Position numbers and translations under genes: made by a program. A stretch of DNA of 64,000 nt from Candidatus Sericytochromatia bacterium. Its GTDB lineage: Bacteria > Cyanobacteriota > Sericytochromatia > S15B-MN24 > JAQBPE01. The DNA is taken from the NCBI GenBank assembly GCA_040400605.1, contig JBBAPZ010000002.1, forward strand, positions 1 to 64,000. Direction: 5' to 3'. The notes under the pieces were generated by a model that saw only the letters and a program-made list of their open reading frames with translations, made no database searches and was not told where the DNA came from. Numbering within the stretch: position 1 is the first letter of the stretch; every line of letters starts with the position of its first letter. Positions 20,597 through 30,490 of the stretch are shown here, in pieces.

Positions 20597-20878
20597 ATGA
20601 GTGCCCCAGAAATTGTGGCCTACCTCAAACCAGTGTGTGGCTGGAGCAACGGGGTTCGTGCCGTGTTCAGCAAGTATGGGTTGGCGTACGAAGATAAGGA
20701 CATTATCAATAATCCGGTCAATTACCAGGAAATGGTCATGAAAAGTGGCCAGCCGTTGTCGCCGTGTGTGATGATCAACGGTGAGATGTTGGCTGATGTC
20801 GGCGGTGATGAAGTTGAAGCCTACCTGGTGAGCAAGGACTTGGTTCAAGCTCCGAACGTTCAGGTTGAAATCGCCTGA
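20597..20878 (+). CDS. Monothiol glutaredoxin-like protein
   Basis: KPVCGWS active site; SGQPLSPCVMING; RBS ggaggag. Confidence 0.85.
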   Translation: MSAPEIVAYLKPVCGWSNGVRAVFSKYGLAYEDKDIINNPVNYQEMVMKSGQPLSPCVMINGEMLADVGGDEVEAYLVSKDLVQAPNVQVEIA

Positions 20879-20956
20879 TCGGGGTTGAATTTAATGCCAT
20901 GAGGCTTCCGTTACTCAAAACGGAAGCCTCGTGGCGTTTTACTGTTGATTGGGTGC

Positions 20957-21538
20957 TCACAGGCGGAGGCGTAAACCTGCCCAACCGAGTTCACTCAGGC
21001 TGAAGGGCCACGTCGGAATGATGGTGGCTTCCAGGATGCCCATGCGATAGGCCAGTTCGGGGGTGAATGCGAAGCGTTGCGCCGAACTGGACCAATCGGT
21101 GTTATATAACTGAAAACCGGCTCGCAAAGTCAGGCCGCTTTCGGTGAGTAAAGAGACCAACATACCAGATTGCCAGCCCCAAGTGGGTGGCTGGGCCTGG
21201 TTGCCCGCCAACATGACCCGTGACTGCAAAGCACCCGCGTTGAAGGCGACAAACAGGCCGCTTTCGGGATTGGACACCAGTTGCCACGTGCCACGGTAGT
21301 ACCAGTTCAAAGGAGCCCACAGGTTGTCGACCGCGACACCCGCGCTGAGGCGATCCGTCAAGGCGAAGTCCAGTGCCCCCGAATTTCCGAAAACATAGGT
21401 TAAGGCGAGTTCCTTGTCGCGAAAATCTGCCTTGGCTTCGCGAAAATCAACCTTAGGGGGCGCGGCCGACACAGGCATGAGCCACGCCAACCACAGGCAA
21501 ACGGCTGTGACCGATTGAGCCAAAAAAGCGCTTCGCAT
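20957..21538 (-). CDS. Exported protein, probable small outer-membrane beta-barrel
   Basis: Signal peptide; amphipathic beta-strands; C-terminus WAGLRLRL. Confidence 0.6.
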   Translation of the reverse strand: MRSAFLAQSVTAVCLWLAWLMPVSAAPPKVDFREAKADFRDKELALTYVFGNSGALDFALTDRLSAGVAVDNLWAPLNWYYRGTWQLVSNPESGLFVAFNAGALQSRVMLAGNQAQPPTWGWQSGMLVSLLTESGLTLRAGFQLYNTDWSSSAQRFAFTPELAYRMGILEATIIPTWPFSLSELGWAGLRLRL

Positions 21539-21732
21539 CGCTACTCCTTGATGTCACGGGGCTGTTTACCCTAAGCGTTCAGTGTAGCAGTTTTCCATCA
21601 TCACACCGAGAACCAGCGGGTACCGCAACGAACCTGGCGGTAACCTGTAATTGGCATGGGGATCACCGCTTCAACGCCGCTTGATGGGGTATATATGAAC
21701 CGGTATCGTGGAGACATGGCTGCAGGTGTGAA

Positions 21733-22278
21733 ATGAGTCCTTTTCGATACAAACTGCAAAAAGTTCTGGACCTTATGGAAAAGCGTGAAAAGCAGGTCGA
21801 TGCCGAGGTGCTGGCTGCAAAAGCCAAGCGCGATGCCGAAGCGGATGCCTTGCGGGCCATCACCGTCCGTCAAAGTGCCGCGCAAAAAGGTTTACAGGCG
21901 CAAATGGCCCAAGGCGCCACGCCGGACGTCGCAGCGAGCAATGACTACATTCAGGCGCTTGGCCTGCGTGCGGAGGCGCAGGCAAAACGGGTAAAAGAAG
22001 CCGAACAGGTGCTTGAAGTCGCTACTAAAAAACAAATGGAAGTGCGCAGGGACCGTCAGCGTATCGAGAAACACAAAGATATGAAACGTGTGCTTTATCA
22101 AGTGGAGGAAAAAGCCAAAGAAGCGAAGCGCATCGATGAGATGGCGGGGACCATGTTTATGAAAAAGCGTCAACGGGATGAGGAGGCTTTGACGGAAGAG
22201 CAGGAACGCCTTGAAAAACTGGAAAAGTTAAAGTTGCTCAAAGCCCTGCGGGAAAAGCGGGAAGAAGGCTATCGATGA
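21733..22278 (+). CDS. fliJ: Flagellar export protein FliJ
   Basis: PFRYKLQKVLDL N-terminus; coiled coil; EAKRIDEMA. Confidence 0.8.
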   Translation: MSPFRYKLQKVLDLMEKREKQVDAEVLAAKAKRDAEADALRAITVRQSAAQKGLQAQMAQGATPDVAASNDYIQALGLRAEAQAKRVKEAEQVLEVATKKQMEVRRDRQRIEKHKDMKRVLYQVEEKAKEAKRIDEMAGTMFMKKRQRDEEALTEEQERLEKLEKLKLLKALREKREEGYR

Positions 22279-23132
22279 TTCCGGATTTACGCCTGCAGGG
22301 TCTTTTGTCATCGGTTCCTGCCGCAAGGTTGACTTCTGCTGATGAACGTGCGGACTTACGACGACCGGAACAGGAGGATGAAACCCGTCGTCTGCAACGC
22401 ATGATCGAATTTGAGCGGTGGATGCGTCGCGCGCTCGAAAAAAAAGAAGAAGTGGAGGGCGTGGTTGCCTATGGCCAAGGCTTGGCGTTGTTACCCGTCA
22501 TGGTGCCACCTTCAACGGGTTCAACGTCTGATTATGCCGCGACGGGACTATCGACCCAGTCCGGTCAGCAACAATCCGCTCAACCAAGTTTTGACTGGAA
22601 TGTTTGGAGCCGCCAGCAGAACTCAAGCGCTGCCACTGAGTTGGATGTTTCTGCACTGGTGACGGCTCCGGTGCGCTTGCCTTACGTGCCCGAGGTGATT
22701 GACGATACCGGTCAGGATGATGCCAATACCTTGCGCATCCCTGCGCAACTGTTCCCGGAGATTGCCAGCGGCCATATTACCCATGCGGTGGAACAACAGG
22801 TTCCGGTCACCCGTTTGGATTTCATGTTGACGCCGCCCGAGTATGGTCAGGTTCAATTGCAGGTGTCGCTGCAAGCGGGGCAAGTGCATGTGCAGGTTCA
22901 AACCGCATCGGTTCAGGCTACCAGTAATCTGGAACAATTTGTGCCACGTATCCGTGAGATTTTGGGTGAGTATCATTTAACCCCTGGCAGTGTGCAGGTG
23001 ATCACCGGTGTGGCAGCCAAGTCTGGTGCGGGGGGGGCAAGTGCCAAAGGCGAGCGAGGAGCCTTTGGATTTGCTGGCACCAACCGACGCCGGCGCGGCG
23101 ATTATGACGATCCGGGCGTGATCACGACCTGA
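22275..23132 (+). CDS. FliK-like (Flg_hook domain) protein
   Basis: LTPPEYGQVQLQVSLQAGQVHVQV; ATGA overlap with fliJ. Confidence 0.7.
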   Translation: MIPDLRLQGLLSSVPAARLTSADERADLRRPEQEDETRRLQRMIEFERWMRRALEKKEEVEGVVAYGQGLALLPVMVPPSTGSTSDYAATGLSTQSGQQQSAQPSFDWNVWSRQQNSSAATELDVSALVTAPVRLPYVPEVIDDTGQDDANTLRIPAQLFPEIASGHITHAVEQQVPVTRLDFMLTPPEYGQVQLQVSLQAGQVHVQVQTASVQATSNLEQFVPRIREILGEYHLTPGSVQVITGVAAKSGAGGASAKGERGAFGFAGTNRRRRGDYDDPGVITT

Positions 23133-23136
23133 ACCG

Positions 23137-24795
23137 TTAAAACTGAATTCCATTTGCGTGACTGCGCCAGACGGTTTCCAGCCAATCCAGACAATCAGCG
23201 ACGGTGGGGTTGGCCGACCGTTGGATGGCGATGATATGCCCGCCTGCAAGGGGTTGTTCAAGTTGTTCAACCGCTGACCAAAAGCTCGCATCAGGGCGTG
23301 AGCGGGTCATTCTGACAAGATTGCCGTCATAGGCTGACACGTCCGTCACGCCGCGCAGGATGCCAAAGGCTCGCCGATCCTGTCGTACGAAAGTCGCACC
23401 GATCGTTTCCGACTGGTAATTGGTCAAAACGACGCCCCATCCTTCGGGTGTCGCGAACTTGGCGGCCTCTGCCTTGCACTGATTCAGCAGCACGTTGGTT
23501 TGCTGCAGCGTTACACCAAAGCCGTCTTCATCGGCAGTTACTGGCAGCGCGTGCGCAAAGCCCATCAGCGAAATGGCGGCCGGACGATGTGGCGCTTCAT
23601 AACGGGCCAAAGGATTTCGATGGGCCTGCGCCAGCACGCGCTGATGCTGGTCTTTCAACAAGATACCTGCGCGGCGAATCACCGCTTGAAGGGCTCCAGT
23701 CAGACCACTTTGTGTTTGCTTGGCTTCCAGTGCGATGCGTGGCATATTCAGGCTCAGCAATGCGGAGGCGCTGTAGCCATCCGGCAGGAAGCATTTTTCG
23801 AATGCGATACACCCCTTGCGCACCGCGAGCGCTGCCGCCTCGCAAACGCGTGCATCACGTCGTGCTTCGTCAAATGAGCGTGACCATTCCATCACAATTC
23901 TGGGTTGGATGGGTTGGGAGGCGTCTTCTCGCAGGCTCGTCCAGATCTCAAGCAACGCCAAGGTGACACGCTGTGCGGCTGCGTCTGGCGTGTCGCTGAG
24001 TCGAAGATGAATGCGACCGGGCATGGCACCCGCGTTACAGGCCACCAGCAAGGCACGCAGGCATCGTTTGAGCCCGACATCGTCGTGGTTGATTGCAAAC
24101 GGAGCCATTGCCTGATCAAATCGATCCAAGCTGACATGGGCATAACCCCATTCTTTTGCCTGGGCCAACAGTAGCCGCAACCAATCGGTCGCTTGCTCCA
24201 AATCCGTTGGACGCCCAATTATTAGCCCGCCCACGTGTAACTTGTCCTGGAACAGATTGTCGGGTGTGAGAATCAATGCTCGGCTGACTTGACCATAAAG
24301 TGCCAGATCGTGAACGTGCCACAGACCGCCATGGTGGGCCTCTGCGTCGCCCTCCGTGAGAATGCGGTTCAGGGAGAATTGTTGGCTTGCGGCCAATCCG
24401 ACGGCGAGGGGAGGGGGCGAGACGTTCAAGTCTGGTGTTTCGTCGGGTTGCATGATGTCTGCGACGAGATCCATGAGTTCTGATTTACCCTCTCGGATCC
24501 GACTTCGTTTCGCACGATGAAGGATGAACGCTTTGGCGGTGCGCGCGTGCCCATTTTCGATCAGCACTTTTTCGATGATATCCTGGGTGAGTTCGACAGA
24601 CGGCATCTGCTCCCGTGCGAGCCGATTAAGCCGTTCAAGCACTTGATCCGTCAGGGCTTGCGCCACATCACGATCACTTCCAGCAACCGCCTGGGCCGCT
24701 TTCATGATCGCCATCACGATTTTGTCGCGATCAAACGTCGCTTGGCGCCCGTCGCGTTTCGTGATAACCCGAATGTCAATTGTGTCTTGTACCAT
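23137..24795 (-). CDS. ATP-cone protein with a degenerate class III ribonucleotide reductase (NrdD-like) body
   Basis: VITKRDGRQATFDRDKI ATP-cone; AHHGGLWHVHDL, LNMPRIA, FGILRGVTD and GGHI; no C-terminal CxxC or RxxGY. Confidence 0.8.
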   Translation of the reverse strand: MVQDTIDIRVITKRDGRQATFDRDKIVMAIMKAAQAVAGSDRDVAQALTDQVLERLNRLAREQMPSVELTQDIIEKVLIENGHARTAKAFILHRAKRSRIREGKSELMDLVADIMQPDETPDLNVSPPPLAVGLAASQQFSLNRILTEGDAEAHHGGLWHVHDLALYGQVSRALILTPDNLFQDKLHVGGLIIGRPTDLEQATDWLRLLLAQAKEWGYAHVSLDRFDQAMAPFAINHDDVGLKRCLRALLVACNAGAMPGRIHLRLSDTPDAAAQRVTLALLEIWTSLREDASQPIQPRIVMEWSRSFDEARRDARVCEAAALAVRKGCIAFEKCFLPDGYSASALLSLNMPRIALEAKQTQSGLTGALQAVIRRAGILLKDQHQRVLAQAHRNPLARYEAPHRPAAISLMGFAHALPVTADEDGFGVTLQQTNVLLNQCKAEAAKFATPEGWGVVLTNYQSETIGATFVRQDRRAFGILRGVTDVSAYDGNLVRMTRSRPDASFWSAVEQLEQPLAGGHIIAIQRSANPTVADCLDWLETVWRSHANGIQF

Positions 24796-24987
24796 CGATT
24801 GATTCCCACCCCAAACTGCGTGTGTAAACGGTACCGACTGATCGTCACGACGGTTGACCGTTACCGTTGTCCAATCATAACCGATCTGGCCAAGCTGTTG
24901 GCCAAGACTGTTCAAGCTGACGTGGAATCCCTGCGACAAGGTGCGCTAGCGTGAGATGGGATTGTTGGCGCTTCAGGAGTAAACCGC

Positions 24988-26055
24988 ATGCCTACCATCG
25001 GTAAAGGGATGATGTGGCTGTGTCTGCTTGCCAATGGATGCGCACTGCCGGGAATGGGCGCGGCTGCAGACGTGGTGGTATTGCCGGTCGGTACACGTAA
25101 AATCCAAATGACCGGAAGCGATCGCACCGCCGACAATTGGAATGTGATCAAGGTCGGCAGTGGAGAAAGCCTGGCTTCTGTTGCGCCGACGGACCAGCAG
25201 GATGCAGTTGTCGCTGTACTGGATACAGGCGTGGATGGTGAACATCCGGATTTGAAAAGCCGAGTGGAAACCTCCATCGATCTGATCGGTTCGGATACGT
25301 TTACGCTGCAAAATCGACATTACACGTATCGCGGGCGAGATGGCAATGGACACGGCACTCACGTTGCCAGTATCGTTCTGCGCGTCGCAGGCCCGTCACG
25401 TGTCCGCGTGTTGCCCATCAAGATTATCGGGCACGCGGGGACGGGACAGGATTCGATTCTCACAGACGGTATCGAGCGGGCCATTGCCTGGCGCGGCAGC
25501 CGTGGAGCCCGGGTGAGGGTTATCAACCTCAGCGTGGCGAGTCAAGCACCCTCTGAACGTTTGAAACGCGCCATCGACAAGGCCTGCAAAGCCAATATCC
25601 TGGTTGTGGTGGCGGCGGGAAATGACCGGGGGCCTGTTGATTTTCCGGCATCGCTTGATACGGTACTCACCGTTGGCGCAACCACCTATCGGGATGAGTC
25701 GGCAGGCTACTCGTCGTTTGGCCCTTCTATTGATATCGCCGCACCCGGCGGGAATGGCGATTACCCCATCGTTGCCGCTTGGCCCCTTTATCTGACCGCA
25801 ACTGATTTGACTGACGGAATCAACCAAACGCATGCGACACAGGCTTTGGTGGGAACCTCGATGGCAGCCCCGCACGTGAGCGCCGCCGCCGCCACGCTCT
25901 GGTCGAATGCGCCGTATCTTGGCGCCTGGCAGGTCCGCGCGCGTTTGTTGGCAGCATCTGAGGACCTCGGCGCTCCTGGTTGGGATTCCCACTTCGGGTT
26001 TGGACGCCTAAACGTTTTAAACAGCCTGCGAGCCGTTACCCACGATGCGCACTGA
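24988..26055 (+). CDS. Subtilisin-like S8 serine protease, lipoprotein
   Basis: Triad motifs VLDTG, GHGTHVA and GTSMAAPHV; lipobox LANG-C. Confidence 0.93.
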   Translation: MPTIGKGMMWLCLLANGCALPGMGAAADVVVLPVGTRKIQMTGSDRTADNWNVIKVGSGESLASVAPTDQQDAVVAVLDTGVDGEHPDLKSRVETSIDLIGSDTFTLQNRHYTYRGRDGNGHGTHVASIVLRVAGPSRVRVLPIKIIGHAGTGQDSILTDGIERAIAWRGSRGARVRVINLSVASQAPSERLKRAIDKACKANILVVVAAGNDRGPVDFPASLDTVLTVGATTYRDESAGYSSFGPSIDIAAPGGNGDYPIVAAWPLYLTATDLTDGINQTHATQALVGTSMAAPHVSAAAATLWSNAPYLGAWQVRARLLAASEDLGAPGWDSHFGFGRLNVLNSLRAVTHDAH

Positions 26056-26977
26056 ATACGCAATCCCCATTTTTTTTGCTGCCATTCACGCGTGGGCATG
26101 CACGGGTGATGTGACGATTCGTACCCAGTGGTTGAATGGTCAAGTGGTTGACCCAGCGGGTCGCGCGATTCCCGGTGTCGTTCTTGGCAACGTCCTTGGC
26201 TCAACACTGACGGATGAAACCGGTCATTTCGTCATGCGCGGTGCAAATGTTGTCATGAATGTGCGCAAGCCAGGATTTGAACCGCATCTGATTACACACT
26301 ACACACCCGGACGATCCCGCATCACCTTGACGCCGCGGCCGGAACGCAACCTGCGTATCGTTGTGGATACGCGCGGCGGCGGTCGGACGACGACAAAACT
26401 CCAAGAAGCACTCAAGCAACGCGGGGCGATACTTGGCCCCTATCCCGAAACACCGCTTGCACGTTGTGACGTGCTACTGCTCGCAACCCCTGGCCCGATG
26501 CAAACGTCCGAAAAAACACAACTTCTTCAATGGATCAAAAACGGGGGACGCTTGATCCTGCTCGGTGAGTGGGGCGGCTACCCATATCAGGATCTCGGTA
26601 GCCTGAATGCCTTGGCGCAACCGGCTGGCATCCGGTTTGACGGCTCCACTTTTAAAACACCGGATGATCAGTTGCTGACCCGAATCACGTTCCCTTCTCT
26701 TCAATCGAATGGCCCATTCAACCTGCCATTGTTTGCTGGCACGACACTGAGCGTGCAAGATCCTGCGCGTGCGTGGTTGGAGCCTGTCACAAACGGGTAT
26801 CAGATTCTTGAGGCGTCTCCCGTGGTGTTAGGCGCGGTGGGTCCCCTCGGTCAAGGTAAGGTTTTTGGCGTTGGTGACAGCTCAAGTTGGCGTGACCAAC
26901 TCACGACCGGTGAAGTTCTCACCGACACGCAACGGTTAGCCATTGCTGAGTTGACGTGGTCGATGGCCAACTGGTAA
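26045..26977 (+). CDS. Exported protein with carboxypeptidase-regulatory-like and DUF4350/GATase-like domains
   Basis: GQVVDPAGRAIPGV..TDETGHF; WIKNGGRLILLGE; GQGKVFGVGDSS. Confidence 0.65.
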   Translation: MRTEYAIPIFFAAIHAWACTGDVTIRTQWLNGQVVDPAGRAIPGVVLGNVLGSTLTDETGHFVMRGANVVMNVRKPGFEPHLITHYTPGRSRITLTPRPERNLRIVVDTRGGGRTTTKLQEALKQRGAILGPYPETPLARCDVLLLATPGPMQTSEKTQLLQWIKNGGRLILLGEWGGYPYQDLGSLNALAQPAGIRFDGSTFKTPDDQLLTRITFPSLQSNGPFNLPLFAGTTLSVQDPARAWLEPVTNGYQILEASPVVLGAVGPLGQGKVFGVGDSSSWRDQLTTGEVLTDTQRLAIAELTWSMANW

Positions 26978-27040
26978 AACGTTCGCCGCCCTGTTTGATA
27001 TCGGTCATCGGCATTGGTCCGTCGTGCGAGGTAAACCCAC

Positions 27041-29359
27041 TTGTCGATACGTTTTGATGCGCGACATGTCTTGATTGACGAACGGCCATCGTTGTTGCTC
27101 GGCGGTGAGTTCCAGTACTTTCGCATTGATCCCGCCTTGTGGCATGTCGGCTTGTCTCAGTTGAAGGCAGCCGGCGTGATGGCCATTTCAACCTATGTTC
27201 CCTGGGTTTGGCACGAGTGGCGCAAAGGGGTGTTTGATTTTACGGGCGCGAGTCACCCTTGTCGCGATCTGATCGGCTTTTTAAAGGTTTGCGCGGCACT
27301 GGAGCTTTCGGTTGTGATCAAGCCTGGTCCTTACATTTTTGCTGAGTATCAAGGGTTTGGTTTGCCTGGCTGGCTTGAATCGCATCATCCGGAGATTTTC
27401 ATGAAGGTGCGTGCAAGCAAACCGCAGGTGTTTCCTCAACCGTCGCTGAATCATCCTGTTTTTTTGTCGTTGGTGCGGTCTTGGTTTGAGGCCGTGGCGT
27501 TGGTCATCGCGGATTCAGTTAAACGGTGTGAGGTGATCGCGATCCAGGTTGATAACGAAACAGGGTATCCCCAGTTCGGTCAGGGACCGCATCTGATGGA
27601 TCACAATGACGCGACGCTGGCTTTGTTGCGGGAGAGTTTGGCGTTGCGCCATCCGTCAATCGATCACCTCAATTGGGAGTGGGGAACACAGTTTACGGAT
27701 TTTGACTCGGTGGTTCCGCACGATGAGCAGCTATACAATGACGCGATGCTTGATGCGATGGCCCGGCACGTCGAAGATTACATCAGTTTGTATTTGTCGC
27801 GTCTCAGAGACATTTGGCGTGAGATCGGGCTTGAGACCTTTTACTTTGCCAATGATATCTGGTTGGATTCGTGGCCGAGTCATTTGGGCAAGAAGAACCA
27901 GATTTTGCCTTTGGCTTTTGATATTTATCCGCGCTATTCCGAACTGGCTGTGACCTTGGATCAGCCGTTTTCCTGTTCGTATGTCCCAAAACTGTTTGAG
28001 GCCTTTTTAGAGCAAGGCCCGCTCATTTGTGCGGAGATGGGGTGCGGTTGGTTTGACCCTGCGTGTACCGTTTCGCCGCAGGCCACGTGGCAGGCGACCA
28101 TGGCGGCTTATGCGCATGGGACGAGGGCTTGTTTTTTCTACATCGCCATGGACGGGCGTGATGCTGATGGTGATTATGTATTCAATTCGTTGATCGATCA
28201 GGCCGGACGTGCAACGCCTCGCCTTGAGGCAGCTCGTGCACTCGCTGGATTTTGCCAAAATTGGGGGCCATACATGGCGGTAACGCGAGAAGTCGAATCA
28301 TCAATTGCAATCCTGCATTACCCCGCACTGTCACGCGCAGTCTTGACAGCCCTGCTGGACCCGCTCAAAGCCTTGATGAAGGGAACGTCACAGGCCATCG
28401 ATGAAGCGTTGACCATTGTCAGCGTGAATGCTGGCTTGTATGGTGCTTTAACAGAAAGTGGTTACAATCCGGCGGTGTTGAATCTGGAGAAAGCCACCGC
28501 TGAAGAACTGGCGAGTCGTCGCGTCATCCTGTTTAATTCGATTGGTATTGTGGACCCGGATTTGCAGGCAAAACTGACTGCTTATGTGGAACAGGGGGGT
28601 ATCTTGATCACGTTGGGGACGCCCCTGTCGAATGACACAGGATTGTTTCCCGTGCCGCTGCAGTCCGTGCTCAATCCTCAGGTGGGCCAGGTCCTGGTTC
28701 GCACCGCACTTGACTACGTCAAATTCTTTTGGCGACTGATGTGGCGTGTTCCCCACCGGTTTTGCGCCTACACCCTGAAAGGGATGTATCCCGCCATGTT
28801 GCTCAATCGCCATGCGGCGCGTGCCGGTGCCTGGATCCGCTCAAGCATGGATAAAAGTCGTGTGTGGGCGTCTCGTCTGATCAGCCTCACGGCGATGCCG
28901 CCTGACGGGCGATCGCTGTTGGAACAAGGCAAACAGTGCGCAGCCTATCGGGTCACGTTTGGCCGTGGTGCCAGTGTTTTCATTGGAACCTTGCTGGGTG
29001 CAGGTTTTGATTCTCCCGGTTATTACCTGGATGATCCCGAACGGCGTGCCTCGGTGGCAGCGTTTTTGGGTGGATTATTGCAGGAAGCGGGCATTGGACC
29101 CCTGTTTCCCCCGATTGCGGATGTTGAGATTGTGGTTCGCGAAGGGCCTGGTTTACGCCTGGTGATTTTTATCAATCGTGGATCCTTCAAAACCATTCGG
29201 GTGCCGCAGGTGGCTGATATGCTGTCGTGGGCCCTGCAGGAGCAATTCAGCGCGTATGGTTCGAGCTGTCAGACAGAGGCGTCTCATATGACGTGCACGC
29301 TGGCCACGGATGATGTCTTGTGTACACGCTGGGAACCTGACCAGGGCCTTGCGACATGA
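27041..29359 (+). CDS. Beta-galactosidase-like glycoside hydrolase (GH35/GH42 clan GH-A)
   Basis: GGEFQYFR, TYVPWVWHE, KPGPYIFAE; QVDNE acid/base; AEMGCGWF nucleophile. Confidence 0.88.
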   Translation: MSIRFDARHVLIDERPSLLLGGEFQYFRIDPALWHVGLSQLKAAGVMAISTYVPWVWHEWRKGVFDFTGASHPCRDLIGFLKVCAALELSVVIKPGPYIFAEYQGFGLPGWLESHHPEIFMKVRASKPQVFPQPSLNHPVFLSLVRSWFEAVALVIADSVKRCEVIAIQVDNETGYPQFGQGPHLMDHNDATLALLRESLALRHPSIDHLNWEWGTQFTDFDSVVPHDEQLYNDAMLDAMARHVEDYISLYLSRLRDIWREIGLETFYFANDIWLDSWPSHLGKKNQILPLAFDIYPRYSELAVTLDQPFSCSYVPKLFEAFLEQGPLICAEMGCGWFDPACTVSPQATWQATMAAYAHGTRACFFYIAMDGRDADGDYVFNSLIDQAGRATPRLEAARALAGFCQNWGPYMAVTREVESSIAILHYPALSRAVLTALLDPLKALMKGTSQAIDEALTIVSVNAGLYGALTESGYNPAVLNLEKATAEELASRRVILFNSIGIVDPDLQAKLTAYVEQGGILITLGTPLSNDTGLFPVPLQSVLNPQVGQVLVRTALDYVKFFWRLMWRVPHRFCAYTLKGMYPAMLLNRHAARAGAWIRSSMDKSRVWASRLISLTAMPPDGRSLLEQGKQCAAYRVTFGRGASVFIGTLLGAGFDSPGYYLDDPERRASVAAFLGGLLQEAGIGPLFPPIADVEIVVREGPGLRLVIFINRGSFKTIRVPQVADMLSWALQEQFSAYGSSCQTEASHMTCTLATDDVLCTRWEPDQGLAT

Positions 29360-30468
29360 TTCATCACTACCGTCGTTTTGAGGCGCGTTGGGCGCTTGAT
29401 TGGGGTGTCTCAACCGTTCGACTGACGCTCCTCACAGCCGGTTTGGCGGTCTCGGGTGGCATGGTCCAGTTTGCGACGCCTTGGATGGAATGGTCATTAA
29501 AACTCGGCATTGGCTGGTTTGCGGCGTTGGTCCTTTGCGCGTTGGTGCTGCTCACCGTGTTGCTCCTGCGTTGGCCGTTGACCCGTGAGTCTGCCGTTGC
29601 TGTCGTGGTGACGGGCGGCGTATTGGGGATTGCTTCTGTGGGCTTGGATGCCAAAATTCGGTACAGCGATGGATTGGATGGCCACGTTGCCTATCGCTTG
29701 CCGCATCGACCCGTGAGCGACCATGCGGGCATCTGGCATAAGCAGTCGTTTCAATCGGTTCGATTGTCAACCAGCGATGGGGTGAGTTTAAAGGCCACTT
29801 ATTGGTCACGTCACAAGCGTCGTGCCATCATTTATTACCCTGGTTGGCACACCCACAGACAGGCCTTTGTCGTCGTGACGATGGCATCGTGGTTGAGCAA
29901 GGAGTGGGATGTGTTGGTCCTTGACCCAAGGGGCCAAGGCGAGAGCTTGGGTGTTAAGTCACCATCCGGTGATGATGCCGAGGATATTCTGGCGGCTATC
30001 CGTTTTTTACGGGGTAACGGTTGCCAACGGATCGGTGTCCTGGCTGAACAGGATGGCGCGATGCCCGCCTTGCTTGCCGCCTCACGGCATCAGGGCATTC
30101 ATTCCTTGGCGCTCCTTGCTCCGACGACCACGTGGGGTGAGGGGTTGATGATGGATGGAACCACCTGGCGTCCGTCTACCATGGCCGGTCGTTTATACTG
30201 GCGTACCCGCGCGGGCCTGCGATTGGCAAGCACTCGTACGGGCAATCTGGATCATCAAGCGATTCTGAAACGGGTCGCACCGACACCCATACTGTTCTGT
30301 GGCTCACGTGCGGCAACCCAAGCGTCCGTGGTCAGCTTGTATCACGTGGCGAGTGAGCCCAAGAGTGCGGTGCTGTTGGGAGAAGCGGGCATTCCCTGCT
30401 CATGGGACGAAGTCGCAAACTACCACAAAACCGTCACCGAATGGTTCAAACTTACCCTTCGCGCGTGA
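29356..30468 (+). CDS. Membrane-anchored alpha/beta-hydrolase-fold protein, apparently catalytically degenerate
   Basis: Three N-terminal transmembrane segments; TSDGVSLKA, DPRGQGES; elbow reads AEQDG instead of GxSxG. Confidence 0.75.
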   Translation: MIHHYRRFEARWALDWGVSTVRLTLLTAGLAVSGGMVQFATPWMEWSLKLGIGWFAALVLCALVLLTVLLLRWPLTRESAVAVVVTGGVLGIASVGLDAKIRYSDGLDGHVAYRLPHRPVSDHAGIWHKQSFQSVRLSTSDGVSLKATYWSRHKRRAIIYYPGWHTHRQAFVVVTMASWLSKEWDVLVLDPRGQGESLGVKSPSGDDAEDILAAIRFLRGNGCQRIGVLAEQDGAMPALLAASRHQGIHSLALLAPTTTWGEGLMMDGTTWRPSTMAGRLYWRTRAGLRLASTRTGNLDHQAILKRVAPTPILFCGSRAATQASVVSLYHVASEPKSAVLLGEAGIPCSWDEVANYHKTVTEWFKLTLRA

Positions 30469-30490
30469 GTGGAACGACTGGATGCCCGTT

